Shown: in pieces, positions 8,800 through 20,404 of the stretch
Layout of the letters: every line of letters begins with the position of its first letter
How positions within the stretch are numbered: the stretch's first letter is position 1
NCBI GenBank assembly: GCA_026770705.1
Contig: JANJGN010000004.1
Coordinates: 62,930,001 to 62,994,000 of the forward strand
Length of the DNA: 64,000 nt
Source: Isurus oxyrinchus
Taxonomy: Eukaryota
Direction of reading: 5' to 3'
Made by a program: the position numbers and the translations under genes
The notes under the pieces: generated by a model
Seen by the model: only the letters and a program-made list of their open reading frames with translations
What the model was told of the DNA's origin: nothing
Database searches by the model: none

Positions 8800-11498
8800 T
8801 TAAAATGAAGAAGGTTAAGCTAGAGTGATGGGGGGTGGGAGCTTGAGTGGGGAGACACGAGAGGGAAACAAAAGTAAAAAGCAAAAATGAAAGGCAGAGG
8901 AAACAGACTAGCAGCAAATAGGGCCATAGTACGAAAAAATATGTGTAAAAAGGCAAGCCTAAAGGCACTGTATCTGAATGCATGGAGCATTCGCAATAAG
9001 ATAGATGAATTAACAGTGCAAATAGATGCAAACGGATATGATATAATTGTGATTATGGAGCCATGGCTGCAGGGTGACCAAGGCTCAGAAATGAATATCC
9101 AAGGGTATTCGATATTTAGAAAGGACAGGCAAAAAGGCAAAGGAGGTGGCATGTCATTGTTAGTTAAGGATGAAATCAGTGCAATAGTGAGAGAGGATAT
9201 TGGCTCAGAAAATCTAGATGTAGAATAAGTTTGGAGCTAAGAAGCAGCAATGGGTAGAAAATATTAGTGGGAGTTGTTTAGGCCTCCAAACAGCAGTGGT
9301 AAGGTAGGAGAAGGTAATTAAACAGGAAATTAGAGATGCATGTAACAAGAGTGCTACAGTAACCATGGGTGACTTTAATCTACATATAGATTGGGCAAAC
9401 CAAATTAGCAGTAATACTGTGGCGGATGAATTCCTGGAGTGGATTTTTAGACCAGTACATTGAGGGACTAACTAGGGAATAGGCATCCTAGATTTGGTAT
9501 TGTGCAATGAGAAGTGGTTAATTAATAATCTTGTTGTGCGGGGGCCTTTAAGGAACAGTGGCCATAACATGATAGAATTCTTCCTTGGGTTGGAAAGTGA
9601 AGTCCAATCCAAAATTAGCGTCCTAAATCTAAACAAAGGTAACTACGAAGGTATGAGGTGTGAGTTGGCGAAGATAGATTGGGAACTTCATTAAAAGGTG
9701 GTTGGGCAATGACAAACTGTTGCATTGCAACAGTTATATATTTCTTTCTGACGCAAAAACAACAGGAAAAGTGACCCAACCATGGCTAACAAGAAATTAA
9801 GGATAGTATTAGATCCAAAGAGAGTCATATAAAGTTACTAGAAAAAGTAGCAAGCTTGAAGATTGGGAGCAGTTTAGAATTCAGCATTGGAGGATGAAGA
9901 GATTGTTTAAGAGGGGAAAAATAGAGTATGAGAGTAAACTTGCAAGGAACATAAAAGAGGGCTTTAAAAGCTTCCATAAGTATGTAAGAAGAAAAGATTG
10001 GTGAAGACAAATGTAATTCCCTAACAGTCTGAAACAGGGGAATTTATAATAGAGAACAAGCAAATGGGAGAACAATTAAACAAATACTAATTCTGCTTCA
10101 AGGAGGAAGACACAAATAACTTCTCAGAAATACTAGGGAATTGAGAGCTTAGTGAGAAGGAGGAATTGAATGAAATTAGTATTACTGAAAAAAAACGTGC
10201 TGGAGAAATTAACAGGACTGAAAGCCGATAAATCCCCAGGGCCTGATAATCTACATCCCAGGGTACTAAAGGAGGTGGCCATGGAAACAATGGATGTGTT
10301 GGTTATCATCTTCTAAAATTCTGTAGATTCTGGAACAGTCCTGGCAGATTGGAGGGTGACTTATGTAACCCCACTATTCAAAAAAGGATGGAGGGAAAAA
10401 ACAGGGAATAACAGACCTGTTAGCCTAACATCAGTGGTAGGGAAAATGCTTGAGTCTATTATAGAGGATGTGATAACAGGACACTTAGAAAATATTAATG
10501 GGATTAGACAAAGTCAACATGGATTTATGAAAGGGAAATCATGTTTGACAAACCTACTGGAGTTTTTTGAGGATGTAACTAACAGAATAGATAAGGGAGA
10601 ACCAGTGGATGTGGTGTACTTGGATTTTCAGAAAGCTTTTGATAAGGTCCCACACAAGAGGTTAGTGTGCAAAATTAAAACGCATGGGATTGGGGGTGAT
10701 ATATTGGCATGGATTGAGAATTGGTTAGCAGACAGGAAACAGAGTAGGAATAAATGGGTCTTTTTCGGAATGGCAGGCAGTGACTAGTGGGGTACCACAG
10801 AGATCAGTGCTTGGGTTACAGCTATTCACAATATATACCAATGATCTGGATGAGGGAACCAAATGTAATATTTCCAATGCCGACGGCACAAAACTCAGTG
10901 GGAATGTGGGTGGTGAGGAGGATATTAAGAGGCTTCAAGGCGATTTAGACAAGTTGAGTGAGTGGGCAAATAAATGGCAGATGCAGTATAATGTGGATAA
11001 GTGTATAGTCCATTTAGGACTGAGATGAGGAGAAACTTCTTCACTCAGAGGGTGGTAAACCTGTGGAACCACAGGGAATACTCCCCAGAAATACTAGGGA
11101 ATTGAGGGTCTAGTGAGAAGGAGGAATTGAAGGAAATTAGTATCACTAAAAAAAACAGTGCTAGAGAAATTAATGGGACTGAAAGCTGATAAATGCCCAG
11201 GACCCAGATAATCTACATCCCAGGGGACTAAAGGAAGTGGCCATGGAAATAGTGGATGTGCTGGTTGTCAACTTCCAAAATTCTGTGGATTCTGGGAGGG
11301 CTGAGGAGGCCAAGCCACTGAATATATTTAAGAAGGGAATAGATACATTTCTAGACTCTAAAGGCTTCAAGGGGAATGGGGAGAGAGTGGGAGTATGGTG
11401 TTGAGATAGAGGATCAGCCAAGAACATATTGAATAGTGGAGCAGGCCCCAAAGGCTGAATGACCTACTCCTGCTTCTATTTTCTATGTTTCTATGTTA
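8800..11498 (+). mobile_element. CR1 LINE, ORF2 (APE endonuclease and reverse transcriptase) disrupted
   Basis: Motifs include LKALYLNAWSIRNKIDEL, QHGFMKGKSCLTNLLEFFEDVT..DVVYLDFQKAFDKVPH and SGVPQRSVLG. The 3' tail is ttctatgtttctatgtt. There are many stops and frameshifts. Confidence 0.9.
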
Positions 11499-11541
11499 AT
11501 TCAAATTACTGTTACTTTGAACTAATTGACAAAAAGAGACA

Positions 11542-11828
11542 AAGACAAAACAAAACTGCGGATGCTGGAAATCCAAAACAAAAACAGAATTACCTGGAAA
11601 AACTCAGCAGGTCTGGCAGCATCGGCGGAGAAGAAAAGAGTTGACGTTTCGAGTCTTCATGACCCTTCGACAGAACTTGATTTCGAGTCCAGGAAAGAGT
11701 TGAACTCTTTCCTGGACTCGAAATCAAGTTCTGTCGAAGGGTCATGAAGACTCGAAACGTCAACTCTTTTCTTCTCCGCCGATGCTGCCAGACCTGCTGA
11801 GTTTTTCCAGGTAATTCTGTTTTTGTTT
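11542..11828. mobile_element. Young Penelope-like insertion forming a perfect palindrome, with a 15-16 bp TSD
   Basis: Arms 11575-11701 and 11703-11829 are exact reverse complements. The TSD ttgacaaaaagagaca lies at 11526-11541 and 11829-11844. Confidence 0.9.
11727..11765 (+). ncRNA. Minimal type I hammerhead ribozyme-like motif (mirror copy on - at 11639-11677)
   Basis: agtt-CTGTCGA-agggtc-atgaa-gactc-GAAAC-GTC-aact gives stem I agtt/aact, stem II gggtc/gactc, a palindromic ACGT stem III and a GUC cleavage triplet. Core position 6 is U rather than A. Confidence 0.7.
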
Positions 11829-11994
11829 TTGACAAAAAGAGACATCTTGTTCTGTTTTATTTAAATTACAGTACACAATGGTGACTTATATTTTTTCCCA
11901 TTTAAAAAAAAGTTTGAATTAACAAGTGACTGGCATAGACTCGATGGGTCTAATTCCTTCTGTGCAGTTCTGTTATGACTATGACTGAATGTAT

Positions 11995-12320
11995 AGGGTA
12001 TGGTGACTTAATAGCTCTGATTTTGGATCAGCAACCCACAATGGACAATGGGTTCAAATCCTATCAGGGAGAATTGTGCAATTGAATTCAATAAATTTAG
12101 TAATTTGTAGACTCACCCTGGATAAAATAACCATCAAAGCTGCCAGATTATCATAAAAATCCAATTGCTTCATGAATGTCCTTCAGGCAAGGGAATCTGT
12201 CACCCTACTCAGTCTGGCCTACACATGACTGCAGCCCAAGGACATGATTGACCTTTAATAGGCTCAGGGCAATAAACACTGCTTTGCTGGCATTAACCAC
12301 AACCCAAGAATAAATCTAAA
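11995..12320 (+). mobile_element. tRNA-derived SINE, degenerate
   Basis: It has a box-B-like gggttcaaatcc and a 3' tail ggcaataaacactgctttgctggc resembling the end of the LINE at 26850-27480. Confidence 0.5.
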
Positions 12321-12456
12321 AAATTGATTCACTGATCTTCAGTTTAGAAATAAATAATATTGCATTGGTTGTTTTAAAAAAAAATTACCAGAATCATGTA
12401 CAACTTACTTTCTGGGCTGCTAATTAAGTTTATAAAAATGTTGTCCTGTTTTACAG

Positions 12457-12560
12457 TTCAGTTTTCCAATGGGAAGCTCACAAATTCAGAAAATGTGGAA
12501 TTTCAGCTGCACAAAAATATACACAAAAATAACCCCCGGAAGAAGAATCAGCTTATCATG
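12457..12560 (+). CDS. POLR1E: POLR1E coding exon 2
   Basis: ttacag|(V)QFSNGKLTNSENVEFQLHKNIHKNNPRKKNQLIM|gtaagg. Confidence 0.95.
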
Positions 12561-12724
12561 GTAAGGGTTAAGTGACGTAAAACACTTAACAGTTTGTGTC
12601 GTGGTTAAGCCTGGCATGGCTGATTGCTCTGATTGTGCTATTCCTTAAAGCTGTGTTAACAACATTGCTAGTTCTTTGAAATTGTTGCACTTACTTGAGA
12701 TGATTCTTTTTCATCCCCCTGTAG

Positions 12725-12801
12725 TCTGCTGAGACAGATAGATTGACGTACGTTGGAAATAATTTTGGATTGAGTGCCCTGAAGTGTAACTCACTGTGCA
12801 A
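12725..12801 (+). CDS. POLR1E: POLR1E coding exon 3
   Basis: ctgtag|SAETDRLTYVGNNFGLSALKCNSLC(K)|gtaagt. Confidence 0.96.
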
Positions 12802-15305
12802 GTAAGTGTGTTTCTTTGACTCAAAGGCAGAATTCCTGTTAAATGTAAAGTGCTGAAAACATGGGTTGTCAGCATATCAGAAAAGGAAGCAGTTGTGATG
12901 ACAAATAGGCTCTCTCTTGTCTCTTTTGTATCTGCCCACACATTGAGTCCTGAGAGGGGTAATACAGATCAGCTGGAAAAAAATTATCTTCCTTCCAGTT
13001 TGACCTACTGTAGTGTAAAGTAAGTATTGTATCAACTAGTCAAATTTGCAGGATGAGGAATCAGTTGATATCTCTTTGAAAGAGCTGGCTCAGGCAAGTT
13101 GGGGAAATGGCTCTCTCCTGTGTTGTAAGGTACAATGATTAATTTTTCCCCAAAACACAGCAACATTTTGGACAAAGTGCATTTTTTGTTTCATTTACCA
13201 ATGGAGTCCTGGGAGCTGCATTGCCCATACACTGTACAAAGTTTGTTTGATGCTGGTCTTTGCAGTGAAAGCCAGATATTGCAGTATGAAATGGAGACAT
13301 TACTTGGTGTTTAGGAATAAACTGCCCTTGGTAACTTGAGAGGGGAAGGGTGAGGGCGAGACAGGAGGAGGAAAGAGGAGGAAGTGTGTGCAGGTACATG
13401 ATATAATTGTGCTGGTTGTCATAATGAGAATTTTCATCATTTTTATTTTAACAGATCTGCTATGGAATTGCTTACATTGAGTTGGAAGATACAGTATTTC
13501 ATAACTATATGGCTATTCTCAACAAAGTGTGTCAGGGAAAATGTTGCATTAAGTGTGGCAGGATCATGTGCTAGATGTGAGAATTTTAATATTTATATTA
13601 GTCTTGCATTTGGCTGGCCTTTTGTCAAGTTTTTCTGTTATAATTCTTGTGTCCACATTTATAATATCTAATCTGTTTTTATAGTGGAAACTGCCTATGT
13701 AAACTCCCCCTCATGGGTGCAATTATAGTATGACAAATGTGCATGGAGAACAGTTTGCAAACTTCTCAATATTTTTCCTGATAAACTTTTACCCTATAAT
13801 ATATCATGAATATAAAACCTGGTGTGTGTATGCACTTCCTGTACATCATCTAATTCAGGTTTCTGTGTCAGAACAGCAGTAATTATTTAGCATGTACAAA
13901 CTCTTCAACAGGAGATACCTGTCACAGCATCTGCAGCTTCTCAGTTGACCTGTATATGAATTCTTGAAGTATTACTTAAATTAAATTAATCAGGCTTTGC
14001 AATTTGAGTAGGACACACACTCTTACGCCTTAATGGCAGAATAATACCTTGTGGTTTAATAGTATAATGTTGTGTCCTTACAATGCTGCACATCCTCTGA
14101 CTTGCTCATGTCCATATCCTGAACTTGACAATTTATATATAAAGTAAGAACAAGAAAGGGCCTCTCTGTTCTTCGTCCAGAACTTGCCCACCTCTTGCCT
14201 TAAAGATTCGGCATGATCTATGTTAATTGCTTTTAGTTGGGGCTCTTTTTCAACTTCTTTATCCTTCCAGTACATCCACAGCTGTTGATGGCCCTTTGCT
14301 ATCTTGTGTAAATAGTTGCTGTTACAAGTATGAGCCCTGTTTTCAGTCAACACTTACATTCATGTACTTTCCAGTAGAGACCGCTGGATAGTGATCAAGG
14401 TCAGAAAAGTTTCTCACCCATCTTATGGGCTATGGTGGCCAATTTAAGATCAAAATTCACCACCAAAGTGAACACATTATGAACTAGCATCAGTGGAAAG
14501 TTTGGTCAAAGTGATGAAGAGTGCACCAATCCCTTGCACTTTGACTTTTTTTGTTCTCTGCCATTTTCTCCCTCTAAAGAGTTTTCGTAACTTAGTGAGT
14601 TCTGAACGTTCTTTATGGATGAGCAATGAATATTGAGAGGTTTTTGAATGCTGGGAAAGAGATGGGGGTGGGTGATGAATCACAGTCAACCTTGATCCTG
14701 CTGTCATCTGATACCCAGATGCATGTTTCCAGCACAGAATGCTGGAGCACAACCCCTTGCCAATGTTTCATTGTCCTGATGAGATGCTGTGTTCAATTAT
14801 GGTACCTCTTCTACCTAAAATCAGCTAACCCACTGTAGACTCTGTGTTAAAACTAGGACCATTGCTCATTGCCATCAGGAACCAATGGTGCTTTAATTTT
14901 TATCTTGGCTCTTCTGGTAATCTTCTGAGAGTTCTGTGTTGACTTTCATTTTTTGAACCTGGGAAATTGACTAGGCAGAAAGTGACAAAAACAAGGTTTA
15001 ACTTTATAATGTGGCTTACTCAGGCTGCTCAAGTTGTCCTTTGCTTTATACTTTTTTAATATGTAGTTAATTTGATTGTTTGCATGTTACATTTTGATTG
15101 GATTTTTAGCCTCTTCAGAGAGCTGAAGAATCTGTGTTACTGCATTAATAGGAAAGTGACTACGTGTTAACATGCATGCGGTATTTTTGTAAAATAAAAG
15201 GTTAATGCTTGGAAATTACTGTTCCAAAAATGCAAATGTTTGGGAAGTTACTGCAAAAAAAATGATGATAAAGTTTTCATTGATTGGAATGTGTTCTTCA
15301 TTCAG

Positions 15306-15391
15306 GTATTTTGTTGGTGTGCTAAATAAAAGAACTGGGAAAATGGAGGTGCATGATGCTCAGCTGTTCAACATGCAACCCTTCTTTCCTG
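15306..15391 (+). CDS. POLR1E: POLR1E coding exon 4
   Basis: ttcag|YFVGVLNKRTGKMEVHDAQLFNMQPFFP|gtaagt. Confidence 0.96.
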
Positions 15392-16724
15392 GTAAGTTCT
15401 TCAGTACATAGTTTTTAGCCACCCAGTGAAGATAATTAGATATGGCTAAGTCAGGCTTCTTTGCACCAACAACTTGGATGTATGTGCTACAGTTAATGTA
15501 GAAGCATTCATGGCACTTTGCAGAAATGTCATCAGCCAAAAAATGGGTACTGATTCAGAGAAGGGGATATTAGATGGATGACTGCAAACCTGTTGACAAT
15601 TCTGGGTGGGGTGAGTGGGATAAGGAGCTTGATAAAGTTAGCTCCCAGCAAGTGTGCTGAGCGGAGGTTGGCGAGAAAGGAGGATGAGGCAGCTGTGGAT
15701 GCTGCTTCTAAGGTGTTATCAAGGGGTGCCTAGATGGTTCGTTGAAAAATGCAGCAAGAGATACTGGGGATAGCTGTGGACTTATCCAAAAGAGATTGAA
15801 GCCTGGAATGACAGCAGGAGAGTAGAATGGGGCGTTGGGTCTGTGCAAAGTACCTGAGGGAAGAAATGAAAGGTGCCAGGAGAGTGGGGAAAATGGTAGC
15901 ATTGGTTTGGAGCAACAGCCGGAATGAGCTCATGAATAAACATAAAGCAATTTAGGTTACATGTGATCTCATGATCTGTTGAAGGACGTTTTAAAGAATT
16001 TTTTTGAGTGGGTGGAAACAATAACTGGGATGAGATTGTTTTGAAACTGGCGAGCCTACCTTACCTTATTTTTCCCAAGTAATACTAGCTGACCTCTTGT
16101 GACATTACTCATGGGTAGTTTGGAATTCAGAGCAGGGTATAGTTGTTTGGATGGAACTGTGCTTAATTGGGTTCGTCTTTTTTGAGACTACTGCTCAGGT
16201 GGTACTCCTAATGGCATTACTTTTGATTGGTAAACGTCTTCTGGTTCTGGATGACTACATAGCCAAATTGTGATTCTTGGTATGTCCACCTAGACAGTCT
16301 AGCAAGCTACTTGATCATCAGGAGCATCTCAGCTGGACTGCCGTCCGTCATTGTCTACATATGCATATTTCCAGCTGGAGTCACTGGACTGGATTTTGCT
16401 GCAGAGGCAAGTTAGGAGGCAGGTCTGTCAGCAGTTTCGTTCAGCAGCATTGCTTGCTGGTTGTCCAATATGTTGCTGCCTTTGTGTGATTTTTCTGGAA
16501 GCAGCATCCTGAGGAAGAGGGCCACCCGCGTGGAAGCAGCTGGACATCAAATAATCTCAATGTTAACCTGATTGAGTGGTCTATTTCCAAATAGCTGCAT
16601 CCAACTGCGCCTGTTGATGCTAATGTCAGGCCATTGCCTGATGGTGGCCTCCTGGTGACAGGTTGAGAGGCAGGGAGGCCTCCTTTAAATCCACCCAAGG
16701 GCAACAGCGAGCCACAGTCAAGAC

Positions 16725-17091
16725 TAGGTTTGCCAACCCTCCAGGATTGGCCTGGAGTCTCCAGGAATTGAAGATCAAACTCCAGGACACTGCTGTGTGT
16801 AACGTTGGAGAAAAAAATCATCAGGATGTTAAAAAAAGGTTGTTTTATTTTGTCATTTTTTTTAACATTTCTTGTTACCAGATATAAAAATATTGAAAAT
16901 AGGTGAAAAAAGGCTGTTTTGGCTGACAGTCGAGCATTATCCAATTGGGTATTGAGCCTTTTGCTTTCCAGTTGGTGTAGAAAGGCAGTGTGTCAAAAGG
17001 GTGGATGCGTTGGCCAACCAATGGCTAGAGTGTGGGGCAAGTCATGTGATGAAACCTCCAGGAATACATTTAATTACAGTTGGCATCACTA
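16725..17091. mobile_element. Non-autonomous hAT-type DNA element (MITE)
   Basis: The imperfect terminal inverted repeats taggtttgccaac and gttggcatcacta are of the TAGGGTTGCCA type. The 8-bp TSD is only partly retained. Confidence 0.6.
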
Positions 17092-17589
17092 GTCGCAGCT
17101 GCAGGTTTCCTCATCACAATGATTGCCTGGCAACAGTGGCCTCATTTACTTTTAAAATTTTAGAAGTCTTTGGAGGGCATCTCCATTTTGAGGCCCCCTT
17201 GAAATCCCCTCCATGCATTGGCAGAACCCACTTACTTGGTGGAGGGCACAATTAACCCTGCCACCTGCCTGTTGTCCCCTGTTGGACAGTGTTTCCAGAG
17301 GCAGCCTGTAATCAGCTGCCTGCTGGATAATTTCACAGGCGGGTAGGACTTGGATACCATCGGGGTTGGGACTCCCGTATGATCCTGACACCTGCTGGAA
17401 AATTCAGCGCAGTAGGTGGGGATTGCACCCTGAGTAAACATAGTATGAATTAATGATTGAACCTCAGACCTTTATGGTTTCTCTGGCTCAGTTCAATATG
17501 TGGAGCTTCAAGAATCCAGACTTTTGCTAGCTAGTTGCTAATCACTGTAATCCAGATCTCTGGTTTACTCTTAAAAATAAGAAGGAGCC

Positions 17590-17710
17590 TGGAAAAGGCT
17601 ATGGGCCAAGTGCTGGTAAATGGGATTAGGTAGGTAGGTCAGGTGTTTCTTATGTGTCGGTGTAGACTCGATGGGCTGAAGGGCCTCTTCTGCACTCTGA
17701 TTCTGAGATT
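17590..17710 (+). mobile_element. CR1 3'-terminal fragment
   Basis: It is near-identical to 35812-35925, the 3' UTR of the long CR1. Confidence 0.75.
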
Positions 17711-18670
17711 GTTATTGTCAGTTGCTTCCCTTTCTGGTAAGATTAATTTTCCACAATCAAAAGCATGCTATAATGTCTTTGCTTTTCCAGGTTTTTTAAA
17801 GCTCTTCTATTATTAACTCTTATAACTTTAATGAATTTCATTCAGAGTATGAAATGTAATTTTGAACTGGTTGATGCACATCCTGAAGGCTAATAGGAGA
17901 ACTATTCCTCCCCCATCGCTGACCGCCTCTGTCGTTACAGCTATTTGAACACAACAAGCTCTGTACACAATGTAATGTAATTCAGCAACAACTTCCACTG
18001 ATGTGGTGCCTTCAATGTTGAAAAATATCCTAAGCTATTTCAGAGGCGTGATCAAAATACCAGTGCTGGGCCAAAAGAGGAGATGGCAGGATGGGTCACC
18101 CAAAGCTTGGCCAAAGAGATGGACTTTAAGGAGGGTAGGAATGGAATTTCAGAGTGTGGGGCCTGGATGACTCAAGGCATGCTTTGGCAGTGGTATAGAA
18201 AAGGTAGGTGGTTGGGGAGGGGGGGGGGGGCGTGGTGAATTACACAAGAAAACAGGCTCCGTAGAACAGTTTGTGTGTGTGCTGGAACAGGCAGGTGGGT
18301 TAGAGCTTTAAGATGCTGCAAAGTTGGAGAGGAATGAGGAAAAGGAAAATTTAAACACGGTTAAGGATTTTAAATTTGAGGTGTTGAGGACCAGGAGCCA
18401 ATCTTAGTCGTTGAGAATAGAAGTAATAGGTGAACAGGATTCTATATAATGCACGTAAGGATGTTTGTGGCATATGATCAGGCACAATATAAATGCACAT
18501 TATTTTTATTTCTCTGGGCTTATTGGAGGATGTTTGGAATGGCTTTTTATTGTGGTCTAGCAAGGAACCACAGCACCATCACCTGTGAAATCGGTCTTTT
18601 AACCAAGAATTATTTGAAATGTCCATTTATAAATTGGAGCAGCATATTGATGCCAGTGTCATTTCCTCAG

Positions 18671-18726
18671 GTGAATCTGCTACAGAAGGAGACCCCAATG
18701 AAAAAAACACCTCTTACAGGGAGAAG
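18671..18726 (+). CDS. POLR1E: POLR1E coding exon 5
   Basis: cctcag|(G)ESATEGDPNEKNTSYREK|gtaatt. The human equivalent ends TYREK and the phases match. Confidence 0.9.
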
Positions 18727-18869
18727 GTAATTACTCTTTGTGAAGCATTTGACAAAGACTCCATTTGTGGGATGCACTGCAGCTACTTGCCAAGGCTTCT
18801 TCAGCAGCACTTCCCAAACCTGTGGCCTCCAGCAGCCAGAAGGACAAGGGCAGGAGGTACATGGGAGCG

Positions 18870-19345
18870 AGTGCAATGAAGATTTACTAGACTGGTCCCT
18901 GGGATGAGGGGTCATCTTATGAGGAGAAGTTAGCTGGACTAGGCCTATGCTTCCTGACCAATGAGAGAGAAGAATGAAACGTACAATTCTTAAGGAGCTT
19001 GACAGGGTAGATGCTGAGAAAACTTTTCCCTGGCTGGGGAATCCAGAACATGGGGTCACAGTCTAAGAATAAGCAGTCAGCCATTTCAGATTGAAATGAG
19101 GAAAAAAAATTTCACTCAAAGGGTTCTGAATCTTTGGAATTCTCTGCTTTAGAGAACTGTGGATGCTGAGTCAGTATTCAAGTATTACAGTATTCAAGAC
19201 TGAGGTTGATTGATTTTTGGGCACTAAGGGAATCAAAGGATATAGGGATAGTGCAGGAAGATGGAGTTGAGGTAGATGATCAGCCATGATCTTAATGAAT
19301 GATGGAGCAGGCTCCCAATTCAGCACCTATTTCCTATGTTCTTAA
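18870..19345 (+). mobile_element. CR1 LINE 3' fragment
   Basis: gtgcaatgaagatttactagactggtccctgggatgagg... is the typical CR1 RT C-terminus followed by 3' UTR. Confidence 0.75.
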
Positions 19346-20259
19346 TTATAAATACGTCACAACCACAAGTTCAATAAACAAAAATATAGAGGAGGACACA
19401 GTAGATAAATCTATGCATATGAGTACAGCAGCTTGGTAGTGATATTGGACTAACACCCGGTGACTGAGAGCTAAAATTTATTTAATGAATGATAAGTGTT
19501 TGAAAAAGAACAAGCAGATCGAGGCAAAATCATTATGAATATTTAGAATACAACTGGATATCACAATGGAAAAGTTAAGGTAGCAACCGGATGGGACACA
19601 ATGCCTGATATTTTCTTACCCTGACATTTGTGTGTTTGTAAAGTTCTTTCTCCTTCCCTTCTGCACACACAGCACCATTTCTAGGCTGAAGCATTGTAAA
19701 CCCAGTGATTTTTTTTATATATATCAGGCATCTCTGAATGTTGCTTTGTAAATAATTGCCAGTACTCTTGAGAGCAGCCTTAGATTTAACTGCTCTAGTC
19801 ATTCTTCACCCCTTCACTTCTACTTTGTGCCTGTCATCAAGTGCAATAATGGAGCAAGTTTATCTTGACACTGGTGATGCTGCATCTTAATGACAACACT
19901 CTTCAGCTAAGTGCTTGGGGCTTTCTCTCAAGCATTAACAAATCTGGCAGTCATCTAGCAGGAACCGCAGTTCAGTACTTTGAGTTGGTTTGTGTATACT
20001 TTTCCATCTCATATGGCATCATGTGCTCATGTGACAAATGAGAGCTCCTGGAATTTGCACAATAATGGTAAACAGGTGGGAGTAAGTGGAAAATCTCAGG
20101 TTCTTAAGGCTTTTAGGGTGACTGCTTGATCAGGAATTAGAATATTGCATTCAGTTTTATTTTAATCGGCCTGTACAGGCCTGTGAATAGGAAGGAAGTA
20201 ATTAACCAAACTGATGTTTCGCTATTAAAGTATATTAACTGTTTGCTGTTGATTTCTAG

Positions 20260-20404
20260 GTGGATTCCCTCATTGAGGCCTTTGGTACTAACAAGCAGAA
20301 ACGTGCCTTGAGCTCTCGCAGACTGAATCGGGTTGGGAATGAGACTTTGCAGGAAGCTGTGGCTAAAGCAGCAGAAAATATAATTGAAAAGAAAGGAATA
20401 ACAG
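20260..20404 (+). CDS. POLR1E: POLR1E coding exon 6
   Basis: ttctag|VDSLIEAFGTNKQKRALSSRRLNRVGNETLQEAVAKAAENIIEKKGIT|gtaaag. Confidence 0.97.

Noticed and set aside
16220-16720. ORF 16441..16944 or a hidden gene in POLR1E intron 4
   Set aside because: The ORF spans a MITE boundary and degenerate repeat-like sequence, with no recognisable domain or splice support.
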